From assembly GCA_964276515.1 (NCBI GenBank), contig OZ193910.1, forward strand, positions 1,860,001 to 1,924,000: 64,000 nt of DNA, in the 5' to 3' direction. Below, in pieces: positions 13,301-26,093 of the stretch; positions within the stretch are counted from its first letter, which is position 1; each line of letters begins with the position of its first letter. The stretch comes from Gordius albopunctatus (taxonomy: Eukaryota). Position numbers and translations under genes: made by a program. The notes below the pieces were generated by a model that saw only the letters and a program-made list of their open reading frames with translations, did not search any database and had not been told where the DNA came from.

Positions 13301-16185
13301 CCAGGTAAACATACGAAAAAGTAAAGAAGATCGATCGTTATTAATTAATTAATTAAGATGCATTATTTAATTATAAATTATAAGAATGCTGATCAAATTT
13401 CGAATAATTTAAAGTCGGCGCTTATATTATTAATAAAATAGTTTTTTTTCACAAAAATTACTATAAATATTTAAATTACATTTCCTTAATTGTGCATATT
13501 TAAACGTGGCGGAAAACACAGAGTCAGTCAATAATTTTATCTGATAAGTCTTTCAATCAGCGTTGTTCCTAAATATAACCCAAACTACTTGATCATGGGC
13601 GTCTTAGCCAGGTTTTGGATTGGGGGGGGGGGCAAAACTTAAATTTTTTTTAATTTTTAAGGGTTTTTGCATTGGAAATTTTTTTTTCGCCATTTAGGGG
13701 GCTGCCCCACTCTGGCTGTGCCCATGCATTTTAGATTAGTCGCGTATGATGGATTTTGGTAAAAGATAATCAAAATGTCATATAATGGCCACATAAGAGG
13801 CGAGCCATATGTTTATAGTACTGGATGGGATGGAGATCAAACATGATATAGAGGAGATGGACTCTTTAAATCAATTCCTCAATACACGTTCATCTTCATC
13901 CAACACTGTTCATATGATGGCTTAATCATGATTTTTATCTACCTCGCCATTCCAGTCAACCGTAACTAATATTAACTATACCAACGAACAAAGTTTTGTT
14001 ACTATCAATGAAAGGGTTTTTTAGGTAGTAGTAAGCCATTTTGAGATGGGCGTCACCATTATTTGATTTAGAGGGGGCCAACCCAAGCATTTTAATTCAA
14101 TATAAAATATAATTTTTGGCGGGGAAAATTTTAAAGTTTTGAAGGGCCATGTTCCTCCAAATATGCTATCATTTGTGAGTAAGTTGTAAAGTTATTTTAA
14201 AACGATTTGAATTACATAACATCTGTTAGTAGCATGCGCCAACGTAGAGTTTGGAAAGATTTAAGTTAATTTAACGAGTTTCAATTTGATTACGAATTAC
14301 AATATGTTCCTGAACAACTGTTATAGGGGAACGCATGAATTTTCCAATATATTTATTTGATTATATACTATGTTAAACTAACAAAATTTGTAAATTTAAA
14401 TTCGTGGTTTTGAATACCATCCATATTATATTGCAGTAAATTCGAAATTTTAGGCACTACCCTAAGGGAAGTAGCTCGACCTGAAATTTATAATTTGTCA
14501 TATATTTTTTACGTAAATCAAATAGAATAACATTTAATGAATATTGAACAATTTAATGAACATAAATAGTATTTAGTAATTTGGAAAAAATTATTAGGAA
14601 TATTAATGATAACGACTGGGTCTAAAGTTCTTAGCCCTGCACGAGTGACCCGAAACTCGACCCATACCGACCCGACACTTCGGGTTGAAAATTCTTAAAC
14701 TCGGATCCGGGTCGGATTGTAAGGTTATGAATCTTATATTGCATAATAGACATATCTTTTAAATTAATGCCATTATATATAATATTTTATAATTAATGTC
14801 GAAAAATGTGATTAATTTATCATATAAATTTATTAATTTATTTTAAGTTATATCTGAATTTTGGATTCGCACAACAAACGATTTTGTGAACTACCATTTT
14901 TCTTTTTTAAATATTGATGTTTCAACTTGGTTTACCGTCTAACATATACACTAGAACAAAATAAATTATCATCATTATTTATTAAACGAATAATTAAAAT
15001 GTATAAAAAAATAATTTAAAGAATACGATTTTTTAAAAAAACGATCAGATTTTACAATTGCCACAACCATTATTAGCCTTAAAATCAAAATTGTTTGATA
15101 ATAAAGACAGACTCATTTTATTTTAGCAAAAGTTTAAGAATATCTGCATTTTTTATGGTGCCTACTGAAGATAATGAATGCCTTGTTAAGTGGGATAATT
15201 TGGGTGAAAATAGGATCTACTTTTTTTCTAATGCTTTTACCTGGCAAACATGTTTAAAAGTGTTGTTTTATCTGTTGTTGTTTTTTTGGAGATAACATTT
15301 TGTTGCCATTTAAAACATCAAAATCTATTTTACACCAATAACTTTTTTACTTTCGGGTCGTGTGGGGTTCGGGTTGAAAATTTGTAAACGCTTTCGGATC
15401 GGGTCGGGTTGAAAAAAAGTGACTTTGCAGGGCTCTAACCCCTTGGGATATAAAGGTGAAATAAAAGGTAATTTAGAACTAATTTGGGGTCAACATGACC
15501 TCAGATATGATTGAAAAAGCGGATAAAAACGAAATATTTACCCTTTTACCTACACTTTCTAGCCTCAAAATCATTTTACACTTTTCAATTTGAATAAATC
15601 ATAATATTAAACTAATTTGGGGTATATATGACCCCAGATAAATGTTAAAAGAAAACGGATAGCAATGAAATAATTACGTTTTTCTTCCAAACTTTCCAGC
15701 GTAGCTTCCGTAGGAATAACCATATATTGATGAGATTTTTTTAAATCTCTCGTAACCATAACAGAACTTTTCCGGCGGGCTCGCGCTAATTGAATATTAA
15801 TTTCTTCTACAGATATATCATCAGGACCTTGGTTGATTTCTTCATCCCCGCTACCTATATCTGGACAAAATTGAACAGGGGCATTCTGGCGAAATTTAAT
15901 TGATCTTTTTGCAAATGAATTCCTCTGTAATTTAATCCTAGAATCTGAGCCAGTCGTTAGTTTGGAATCTAAGGCGGCTATGTCTTCAGGTGTTTTTGGA
16001 GGTAATGATGCGAGGGTAGCGGGTGTTGGAGGTGGTTGATTTTTTTCATAGAAATCGATTTTAACGTTGTCGTAATCAAGCATAATAGAACTTTCATGAA
16101 AGCTTAATGCCGAAATAATCTTCCTCTCCCTTATTCCTCTCTCGTCAACTATATTATTATTGATTCCGGAGAGAAAACTAGAGCG
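10325..16185 (-). CDS. Uncharacterised multi-exon protein; supported exons ~16185(5' end uncertain)-15678, 12113-12057, 11793-10325
   Basis: Long ORFs 15607-16083 and 10325-11668 link in phase through a 57-nt exon (PVFKYVVWEVDNDSGPSVN) with GT-AG sites. The C-terminal blocks GYVISGFQIL..LESIWKYWSGARLLF..GLGRMCLYRN and FSYVFVAHF..ALNFIEEFRYR..GCITIYK look globular and resemble a conserved invertebrate domain of unknown function (recollection, not searched). Confidence 0.7.
13087..13201. mobile_element. 115 bp Mutator-like MITE
   Basis: Long imperfect TIRs (TCAACTCGCCGAAAACCATCTCGCC / GGCGAGATTGTTTTCGGCAAGTTGA), GG...CC ends, perfect 9-bp TSD taggaactc at 13078-13086 and 13202-13210. Confidence 0.8.
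14630..15437. mobile_element. Non-autonomous hAT element (TAGAGCCCTGCA family)
   Basis: AGCCCTGCA...TGCAGGGCTCTA termini with ACCCGA/TCGGGT subterminal repeats; left end degenerate, TSD not seen. Confidence 0.65.
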
Positions 16186-18084
16186 TCATTGAATCATAAG
16201 ATCGGTGTTCTGGAAATTAGCAAGGCGTGAGGTTTCAGAGATTTCTAGGAAATTCGTACGCAACAACCTAGCATATTTGTACGCAAAAACGCGCGTGATT
16301 AAGCAAAAAATTGACTTAGAGAATGAATTTGCTATATAGGCGGCGGCAGTATAGAGAAAAGAACCCGTCGTCGTATGTATAAATGTACTTGCACCTGGTC
16401 GTGGGGGCGGACGCCTAAAGTAGGGTAGGTATGTACTATGTGTATTTTTAAAACTATTTTTTCCCTCTTGATTTATTATATACATATATATATGGTTGTG
16501 CGTATCGATTTATGAATGTAAAAAAGGTATATTATCCCCGACCCCTCGACCCCCACACATAAACTCACTTTACTTCTAGACATGGGGGGGGGGGTGCTGG
16601 GAGGGGCGGTAACCCTCCTCTGTATCCAAAAATTTGTTGAAATTTACTAAATAAATGGCTAAAATTTTCCAAAATGATCCTTTTGCCCATTCCTAAATCA
16701 TTCTTTCCCCCCTCTAATTCCACCCTAGAGTTGGATAAAAAAAACATAAACATTTGTAGAAAGATGGCCTGGGCGCTATTTTATAAAAACGATATTTTGG
16801 ATTCGGGCTTAATCAGGTAAGCTGTTGATATTTGTAAGAAGTCGAGAGCCAGAATTGGAATCAGAGGGGGGGGCAATAATGATTCAGGCAGCGGCAAAAT
16901 GATCTTCGACAAATTTTTTGGATTTAAAAGCGGGGGTCCCCCCCCCCTACTTGGCTACGTCCATGCTTCTTATGTCGCAAATATGCCAATATAATAAAAT
17001 TGGATCGCGCATAGCGCGGTGGGTCGATATACAATGAATAGGCTGATAGGATTTTGCACCAGTAGGGGGGGGGCGGGGATTATTGGATTTCCTATAGATC
17101 CAATACATTTTCCCCCTTCTTGTTTAGCTAAAAGTGTGTCATTGCCATCTTTACCCCACATCCCACTCTTAAATCGCTCGTTAAAAATATGATATAATTA
17201 ACACTTTTTAGCTGAAGACTTGTGGGGACTTTTGGTGACTATGTGATACAATAGAGGCAGTAGGCAGAGGGGCTGTCAATGTCAAGATGAATTAATATGG
17301 ACCGGTCTTTATTCTATTATTGGTAATACTAACATCCATAGGGGTATCCAGGGGGGTGGCAGAGAGGGGCGGCTTCCCCCCCCCCCGTCTAAATTCAAAA
17401 AGTCTTAAAAATTTAATCTAATCATGACTTAAATTTCAAAAATAACATGATTTTGCTCCTCCCTAAATCATTAAGCCTCTCCCCTGTCCCCCCTTGGCTA
17501 TGCCCATGATAATTTATATTTCATTGTCTGTCCGATAAAAATTAGTTTAAAACGCTTAAATACCTTTTTTTGCTTCAAAATAGTTTTAAAAAAAACCACT
17601 TTATATTGATTCCCTCTCGGGCTATTAGCTTGACCTTGGATGCATGCCGGTGAACAGGATTTGAATAAGCATGTATTTTAGGTACATTATATAAAAAGTC
17701 AAACAGTAAATTTGGACAATAATTTAGCCATACATTTTGATTTTTTTACTTATTTATGAGTTTAGTGGGGCTCGAGTTGGTTTTCCACTTTAAGACGAGA
17801 GTACAGCTTTTTTATACTTTAAAAATATACATATGAATCGAATAATTTAGAAATTTGTGATTTTCCTTTTGATAAACAAATTTGTCATCCTCCAATTGAA
17901 ACGATCTCCATGACAAGTGTATAATTCCTAAGGGACCAGCATGAAAATTTTGACATTCTCAAATATGGCTTATTACCATTTAAAATTTACACCTATTTTT
18001 CCAGGCCACATTTTGCATAAGTGATATAGAGCGAAGCAGGCAGTTTATTTTTTCGATGATGATATTTGATATGTAATAGTTACT

Positions 18085-18287
18085 TAGAGTTGTTAAATTG
18101 CTAACTTTCTTCAAACTCCAGACGCGAGCACTCACACTGAGTTGCTTAATATAGGCGTTAGCACAATATGAGCTCGCTGTTCGGTGCACTAGGTAGAGCA
18201 GTAGCATATAAAAATGCTCGAGGGCCGAGCAGAAACTCGAGCAGATGGTAGCTGTAGTTGAAGAAAGTTAGCAATTTAACAACTCTA
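18085..18287. mobile_element. 203 bp hAT-type MITE (TAGAGTTG family)
   Basis: 30-bp perfect TIR TAGAGTTGTTAAATTGCTAACTTTCTTCAA; perfect 8-bp TSD tagttact. Confidence 0.9.
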
Positions 18288-19471
18288 TAGTTACTCTTTC
18301 GCCTGGATTTTTTTATGGCGTCCATGAAATCTGAGATAGTTCCTAGGTTGTAATAAAAATACAAGGTAAAATAGAAGAGACTAAAATTCAATTTCTAATA
18401 AATTATTTATTTTGTTTGGGGGCTGGCTTTTTAAATTTAACAAAAAATTTATATTTTTGAATAGAGAATACTTATCACAACATGAGCGTAGCCAAAGGGG
18501 GGCAGGGAGGGGCGGCTGCCCCCCTCTAAATCCAAAAAATTGTTGTTTAAATTTATTAAAATTATGGATAAAATTTTAAAAAATGTTAATTTTGCTCTTC
18601 CCTGACCCTTTAATTGTCCTTATATTGTATGTTTATGTGGGTAGGCAGGATTTAATTAGAGGGGGGCAATTATGATTTAGGGAGGGGCAAAATGATATTT
18701 TTTTAATATTTAAGCCATAATTATATTAAATTCTAAAAAATGTTTGGATTTACATGGGGGCAGCCCTCCCCCCGGCTACTCCGATGTGTATGTTACAAAA
18801 ATTATTTTTCACACATATAAACCTATAGGTTTAAAAATATAAAAAAGTTAACGTTATTAAATAACCATAAATTCAATAAATAAATTAATGTTGGCTTAAG
18901 AAGACTGTACATGTACCGACGTGCATTTGTCCCATCTTGTCAAAACAAAGATCCTCTGTCTTCTTTAGCCGAGGCAGTAGAAATTTTAAAATACTTAACC
19001 TTCTTGTCCCATTGCGACAACAACTACTCTCACAACCTCTGACACCACAGAGCCTTATGAATTATTTCAAAAAATAGGGAAACAAATTACTTTGCTATCC
19101 CATGATAATAGCGAATCTTATTTTATAATAAGACATAAAATGGGCATTACTATTCGTAAATATAATTCAATTTAGCAATATCGGAATGTTTTCCCATACT
19201 TTATAATCCTTAACTGGTTTATTTATTTCAATCACACGAAAAATATTTACCTTAATAAATTACAATTGAAACAAATAGGTAATAGTTCTACTAAGGTGAG
19301 CGTAGCCGGGGGGGGGGGCAGAAAGAGGCGGCTGCCACCCTCTAAACTCAAAAATTTGTTTAAATTTATTAAAATTATGGCTAAAATTTCAAAAAATGAG
19401 CATTTTGCTCCTCCCTAAATCATTATTGCCCCCCTCTAATTCCGATGCTGGCTACGACCATGTCTACTAAC

Positions 19472-20043
19472 TAGAGCTGTGGAACTAATTCCTGGATAAA
19501 GGAACTAATAAGTTCCTTTTTAAAATGAGGAACTGGAATTAGTTCTTTTTTTCTCAATTTATCGCAAAGTTCCTTTTAAGTTCCTTTTGCCAATTTCAAC
19601 TTGCATTAAAATTTTTAAAATTAATTTATAATTTAAATATTATTTAATATTTTATTCACGGTAAAATTGAAGTCTTTTAGACAGTTTTCCCGATTTAAAA
19701 AAACGATTTATTAAATATAATACGCCATTACCATCAAGTGCCCTTGTGGAAAGATTATTTAGCTTGGGCAAAATTTTATTTGGATACAAGCGAACATGTC
19801 TTTTAGATGACAACTTTGAAAATAATATTAAATCAAATAAACATTTATTACCTGATGATTTTTATAAATTGTAATATATAATATATTGGTTTTATGAATT
19901 AATAAAGGATGTTTGTACATTTAAAAAAAAAATTCAAAAAGGAACTTCAAAAGAAACTGGAACTAGTTCCTTTTTAAAATGAGGAACTAGGAACTGGAAT
20001 TAGTTCCATTTTAGGCAAATGAACTGGAACTTGACCAGCTGTA
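19472..20043 (+). mobile_element. hAT deletion derivative with a remnant of the C-terminal dimerisation domain
   Basis: TAGAGCTG...CAGCTGTA ends, GGAACT/AGTTCC subterminal repeats, degenerate TSD ctactaac/atactgac; internal FIKYNTPLPSSALVERLFSLG...KRTCLLDDNFE. Confidence 0.75.
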
Positions 20044-20439
20044 ATACTGACATGCTCACACTCACAGTTTATTGTTTTAAACAGAATCCATCATAATAGA
20101 CGATCATAACCTTAACATAAATAAAGTAACGCATAGCAGTTTTTAAATGTAGTTTATTTAATATTATTGATAGTAGTTTAAAAATTGTGTGCAATCTACG
20201 AATTTTAAAGGGTATTTGAAAAATGTAATGTATTTTTGAAACGTTTTTTGACTAGAAGATGATTTGAAAAATATTAAAAACCTGCATTGTCAATAAAAAT
20301 TAGTTTTTGCAATAGTAATTGTCCGAGAGAGCTTTTTTCCAACGTTCTAATATGTCAAACTAATTATCATTTCATTAAATAATAATATTTTTTATTAAAG
20401 TCACTCGCACCTTGTGCTTTATAACGCTATAGTAAACAC

Positions 20440-21485
20440 TAGTGCTGTAAGTGAACGCGTTCAAATTTTATGAACGCGTTCATGAACGGCGTTCTTTTAT
20501 TTTTTGGTGAACTTCGAACGTGAACGCGTTCAAATTTAACGTTCGTTCAATTTTAAAAACCCTTTTTTGTTTATATTTATTTGAAAATTAATGTCAATTC
20601 GAATTTTTAACAAAAAAGTATTATATTTTTTAATCAGCTGTTTTTCCTGTTTCCTTTTACCAATTCCGAAATACTTTCAACATACTATAACGTGCAAAAG
20701 AAGATAAGATTAAAGTTAATTAGTTTGATATTATTAATTATAGTTTAATTTATAGGTTAATATGGACAATCATAATATTATATCGTCGTCATCTTCAGAT
20801 TGTGAATATTCAAAATAAGCAGATGAATTGAAATTGCCATGGCCAAAATATGAAAAATATTTTTCACTCGTTTCATATAAAAGATCAAATTCAATAATTA
20901 AAATGAACCTATAAAGAATAAACTTTTAGTGTTATTGAAAAAAGGGATTGAAATCCCTAGAATTGATAATGAAAGAGCTGTCAATTCCGAGATATCATTT
21001 TTGGCGAGGAAGTAAAGGGCGCATTGGAGGATGATATCTTGTCGCAATTTTTTGAAGCGAGGGACAAAACATTAAAAGTTTTTAATAAATTTCCTCATTT
21101 GAAAAATTTGTTTATTAAGTATAATACTCCAATCCCCTCATCTTCCCCTGTGGAGCAGGTTTTTAGTATAGCTAATGCTGTATTAACTGCCAAGCGTTCC
21201 TGCTTATCAGAAGACAATTTTGAAAAACAATTATTATTAAAATTAAATAAGAAAATAGATTATATTGATTTATAATTATATTGTCGAAATAAAATATTAT
21301 TTTTTATCATGGCTATTTATTGTATTAAAAAATATAAGACATTTATTTATATTAAATTAAACTTTAAAAAAATGTATCATCAAATTTTGAACGAACGTAA
21401 ACGCCTTCATGAACGTGAACGCGTTCCTTTTATTTTTAGACGAACGTGAACGCGTTCGATTTTTTTACAAATGTTTACAGCACTA
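20440..21485 (+). mobile_element. hAT deletion derivative (1046 bp)
   Basis: TIR TAGTGCTGTAA/TTACAGCACTA, perfect 8-bp TSD gtaaacac, GAACGCGTTC palindromic subterminal repeats. Confidence 0.9.
21024..21275 (+). pseudogene. hAT transposase C-terminal dimerisation domain fragment
   Basis: FPHLKNLFIKYNTPIPSSSPVEQVFS...KRSCLSEDNFEKQLLLK is the typical hATC motif. Confidence 0.85.
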
Positions 21486-22906
21486 GTAAACACGCAATAA
21501 ACCTTATGGCCTATAATTTATGATGGAATATCAATGCTCTAAAACGTTTTCCTTAAATGTGTCAAGGTCCACTTTGAGATTTTAGCCATGGTTAATAAAG
21601 GGTCGCAACTTGCCTAGATATATAACTAAGTCATATATAGATGAGCTTATACGTTTCTAAGACTATTTATATTTGACAGGCGCAGTAAATTTGATACTAA
21701 TGTTATAATATGATACAGCTATAAAATTTAATAAGATCTTTAATCTAACAATCAGTATAACGTCCTGACGGTTCCTCGCTAGTCCCATGGGAAAATGATC
21801 TCCTTTTAAAGTGGGATTTTACATGCATAAACCTATTTGCCCCCTCTAATCTTAATTATGACCCCATGGCCCTCTGTAGGGGTTTGAGCCTACTTTATTT
21901 GTATAAAACCAAAGATGCCTGTATATCGATCGTTAAGCATTAGCTTATATACCATTGTAAAGAGGTTAATATAAATAACTCGTAAGGTAGTTGGGGGCTA
22001 TTCAAATTATAATGATTGTGAATAGAATAAGGAGGAGTATAAATAGTGTGTATTCAAATATAGTAAGAAGGAATGTGAACAAAGTGATGTCCAAATCATA
22101 AAGGTATCACTATTCTAATGAGATAATACAATACCTGGCTGAAGAACGAAAGCTCCAAAAACACAAGGCCCTTTTGGATTCTAGTATTTTCATCCCAATG
22201 GTTTCCCCCTGTTCAGGATCCTAAGGAAGAATGGCGTTGGCTTTATTCAAAGAAATAGGCAGGCGATCCCCTCCCTCCAAATATTCCCCCACATTTTTAT
22301 TGAAACAATCAAAAGCCACCTTAATTGCAAAATTTAATATAGGATTCCTGGCCTCTTCTAAAAGAGGAAGATGACGACATATTACTCATATAATGTTTTT
22401 TTTAATATCATTATTATATAATTGTACCATTTAATATTATGTTTAGATATATATAAATAAACTAACTTTATCTATTTATTATATAAAATCACTCTAAAAC
22501 ATTCACAAGAGTAATAGTTTAAACTCAAATCTAAAAAGTCTTTTTATATTAAACAAAATGCGGTCCTTTTTACCATATTTCCAATTTGTATATAGTTTTT
22601 TAATTTGCACTTTCCTTTGAAAATTTTATCTTTAAGAATTAGTTCATATCTTTATATTGTCAGTGAGATATTGTGTCGCGCTAAATCTTTAGAACATTTT
22701 ATGTATCAAGGTTTTTAGACCGACGGAGACCAGATCGAGATTTTCATAATGGCTCCTGAGACGAGACGAGATTTTGCTTTCGAGATTGAGACGAGATCGA
22801 AACGCTATAATAAAGGAATGTATACCAATTTTAAAACATACATACATACCACTTATATATTTGTCTAAAATATCATTTAATTATAGATGATAGAGTTTAG
22901 AAATTA

Positions 22907-24753
22907 TCTATATATATAAAGTAAAGTCTATGTATGTATGTGTGTATGTATGTAAGGGCTAATCTCTGAAACTACCGGCCCGATTCGCGCGAAAATTACA
23001 CCGTAGATGCCCAGGACGGCCAGGGGTAAAATAGCTTTTTCAGAATCCTAAAATTCTTTTTAGTTTTAAAAATATCGGACATTTCCCGGCCAGTTTCATT
23101 TATAGCATCATATACAATAATGACGTCAGGAAAGTTAGAATATAAGTAGAAATATGTATTATTTATTTATGGATTAATTTAATATTATTAAAAATAAATA
23201 TTAGACTTATACATTTTATATATTGAAATGGGGCACGAATTTTATCGCGTCATGGATTTTATGAACCCACTATTTTTAGTGTATATATAATAAGACAAAC
23301 CAATTCACTTATGATAATAATTTGTCTGACTTATTTATTTCTTATTTATATTGTGAAATTTTATGTGATGATAATTTAAAGGGCAAGAATTAAAGAAAAT
23401 ATGTTGTGTTGTTACTTAAGTAAGCATCATTATTTTTAGTAGGGTTCTAAATGTATATCGTTACACATTTACTATAAAGTTTTTGTTTCCTTTCACCTAG
23501 TGATGATCAAAACCTAGGTTTGTACAACCCAAACCTAAGGTTTGGGTTAAGGTTGGAAAAAGACCTTTAAGGTCTTTCAGATTCCCTAACCCAAAACTGG
23601 GGTGGAACCCCAAAAAGACCTTAAAAACCTTAAGGTCTTTTATACACCCAAACCTTAACCCGGGGTTGGGGTTAGGTTGACCTGGGGCTAATGTTTTGAA
23701 GTATATGCGTGAAATAAGAGTATATTATTTTTTAGATATTAATATATTTATTTTTTAATGAAGAAATGAATTTTTTTTAAATATTTTAATATATAATAAA
23801 TATAAAATGATTTTTTTATTATTATTCATTTAATTTCATAATATAATCTTGGGGTAAATTAATTAAAAAATAATATTGGGTTATTGTTTTAGCACCATCT
23901 AGCTTGTATGGCATGGCGAATTTAATTACAAGCTAGATGGTGCTAAAACAATAACCCAATATTATTTTTTAATTAATTTACCCCAAGATTATATTATGAA
24001 ATTAAATGAATAATAATAAAAAAATCATTTTCTATTTATTATATATTAAAATATTTAAAAAAAATTCATTTCTTCATTAAAAAATAAATATATTAATATC
24101 TAAAAAATAATATACTCTTATTTCACGCCTATACTTCAAAACATTAGCCCCAGGTCAACCTAACCCCAACCCCGGGTTAAGGTTTGGGTGTATAAAAGAC
24201 CTTAAGGTTTTTAAGGTCTTTTTGGGGTTCCACCCCAGTTTTGGGTTAGGGAATCTGAAAGACCTTAAAGGTCTTTTTCCAACCTTAACCCAAAACCCAC
24301 CTCGGGTTTGACCTCGGGAAAACCCAACCTAGGTTTTGATCACCACTACTTTCACCATAATGAGAAGTAGAAACACGCTTATATCGAATCGACTTTAATT
24401 TCTTACTCACATTCGCCATCTCATCCACATGCTAATGCCATTTTGTGGAAGCTTTGACATGTAATACAACGCTAAGACACCCATTTGAATATAAACATTT
24501 CTATGCTAGCTTAGTTTAATAACTTACTTAACTAATTTTGTCGTTACAATGGTTCTAAGTCTAAAATCGGGTACCTACTTTAATACTGTTTTGTTTTAAG
24601 CACACCCCCCCCCCAAATGCTAAAAGATTTTTATTTTACTTTTGTGCTCTTCCCTATTATAACCACAAAAACCGCAAAGAAGACCAGAGCACCTGAAACT
24701 GCCGGAAAGCGCAACGCCCGGCTGGCTAAAAACCGGAATCGAGCCTCCACGGC
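22907..24753 (+). mobile_element. Second copy of the same Helitron, 3'-truncated and interrupted by a foldback element
   Basis: Starts A|TCTATATATATAAAGTAAAGTC; near-identical to the reverse complement of ~6100-7145; breaks off in the first STPR repeat. Confidence 0.88.
23498..24348. mobile_element. 851 bp foldback hAT-type element that is almost entirely one inverted repeat
   Basis: TIR TAGTGATGATCAAAACC/GGTTTTGATCACCACTA; 8-bp TSD ctttcacc (single copy at the empty site in Helitron copy 1 near 6552); arms meet at an 18-nt spacer 23909-23926. Confidence 0.92.
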
Positions 24754-24754
24754 G

Positions 24755-24846
24755 AGCAGGCCCGACCCGAGCCCGAAGCCCAATTAAAATTTAGTTTTTG
24801 GCCGTCAGGCTCGGGTCGGGCTTCGGACAGCCCGTGCAGGGCTCTA
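24755..24846. mobile_element. Isolated right end of a TAGAGCCCTGCA hAT element
   Basis: CCCGA/TCGGG repeats ending TGCAGGGCTCTA as at 15426-15437. Confidence 0.65.
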
Positions 24847-25350
24847 GCTATGATTTCTCTTTAAACTCGGGAATCTATTTAATTTGAGAGAATCAATTTG
24901 CCGGCCTTTAGATGCGTAAAGATTGTTACACCTATTCATTATATTCCCATTGAAGCTAGGAGACACATTATTTGTGATGTGCTTTGACCAGAATGAATGG
25001 TTTTTAAGTGTAAACTGTTGCATTAAATATTTATAAAAAAAAATATAGATTAGGATCATCAATTATGTAGCATCACGCGGTCCTGTACAAAGGTAGAAAT
25101 AAAATGGATTTATAATAATTTAATGAAAAATTATCAAAGAAATGAAAAATACATTTTCCCCCTATTTAAATTGTGAATTGAGTGTTTAAGAAGATATTGC
25201 AAAAAATCGGTTTATTTAACAGTTAATAATGCCTTTAATTATTATCAATGTCCGTAGTTTTTTTTTATAAAGCTTCGATTAAATATAATGATCATAAGTT
25301 AAGTAACCTAACAATAGCTACTTATTGAGTCCAACGAACATGACTGTAGC

Positions 25351-25553
25351 TAGAGTTGTTAAATTGCTAACTTTCTTCAACTCCAGCTACCATCTGCCCG
25401 AGTTTCTGCTCGGCCCTCGAGCATTTTTATATGCTACTGCTCTACCTAGTGCACCGAACAGCGAGCTCATATTGTGCTAACGCCTATATTAAGCAACTCA
25501 GTGTGCTTGCTCGCGTCTGGAGTTTGGAGAAAGTTAGCAATTTAACAACTCTA
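25351..25553. mobile_element. TAGAGTTG MITE, opposite orientation to the 18085 copy, nested in the TIR of a CATGGGCGTAGCC MITE
   Basis: Long TIRs, perfect 8-bp TSD actgtagc. Confidence 0.9.
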
Positions 25554-25844
25554 ACTGTAGCCAGCATCGAAATTAGAGGAGAGCAATAACGATTTAGCGA
25601 GTGGCAAAGATAACATTTTTGAGATGTTAGCCATAACTTTAATTAATTTTAAAAAAGTTTTGGATTTAGAGGGGGGGGGCAGCCGCCCCTCCCTGCCCGC
25701 TCTTGGTTACGCCCATGCCAATTAAAATATCTAACTTTATAGTAATATTTGTTAAAATTATGATTAATATTATATTATCTTAGACCCAATGTTTATGTAT
25801 TGCGCGTCCAAATAAAAAAAGATTTTAGAAGAATTAATTGTGCC

Positions 25845-26093
25845 TCATCATATCTTCTTCTGCATCTTCATCGAGTATTTGGTCCCACAGTCGTGAGGTT
25901 CTTTTGATGTGTTTTTTTTTTATCTTGATAGGGTAAGTGCCATGTCTTGATTAATCATCTTAATTTTCATAACATTGTCCACGTGTCCTTTCACGTGACA
26001 CGAGGTCGTCCTCTTCCTCTCTTCCCCGGTACCTTCATGTTCGGTACTTTTCTATTTACATCATTTGTCTCCCTTTTCAATATATATACCAAT
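25845..26093 (-). mobile_element. 3' tail of an RTE-like LINE or derived SINE (continues after the hAT insertion at ~27136-27190; relatives at 35810-36045 and 44960-45145)
   Basis: Minus translation ...[13 protein letters not shown]..., typical of RTE-type ORF C-termini, followed by a GAA/GAT-rich tail. Confidence 0.55.

Noticed and set aside
13255..13530. CATAGAC-ended TIR element
   Set aside because: Inverted repeats too degenerate and no TSD seen
18900..19110. Possible upstream exons of the unknown gene
   Set aside because: GC-richer patches with splice-like sites, but I could not build a consistent open frame
22130..22380. Minus-strand coding-like stretch (..NKANAILP*DPEQGE..)
   Set aside because: In-frame stop and no confident family; possibly transposase debris
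23510..23690. Telomere-like AACCC/GGGTT repeats
   Set aside because: Irregular subterminal motifs of the foldback element, not a regular telomeric array
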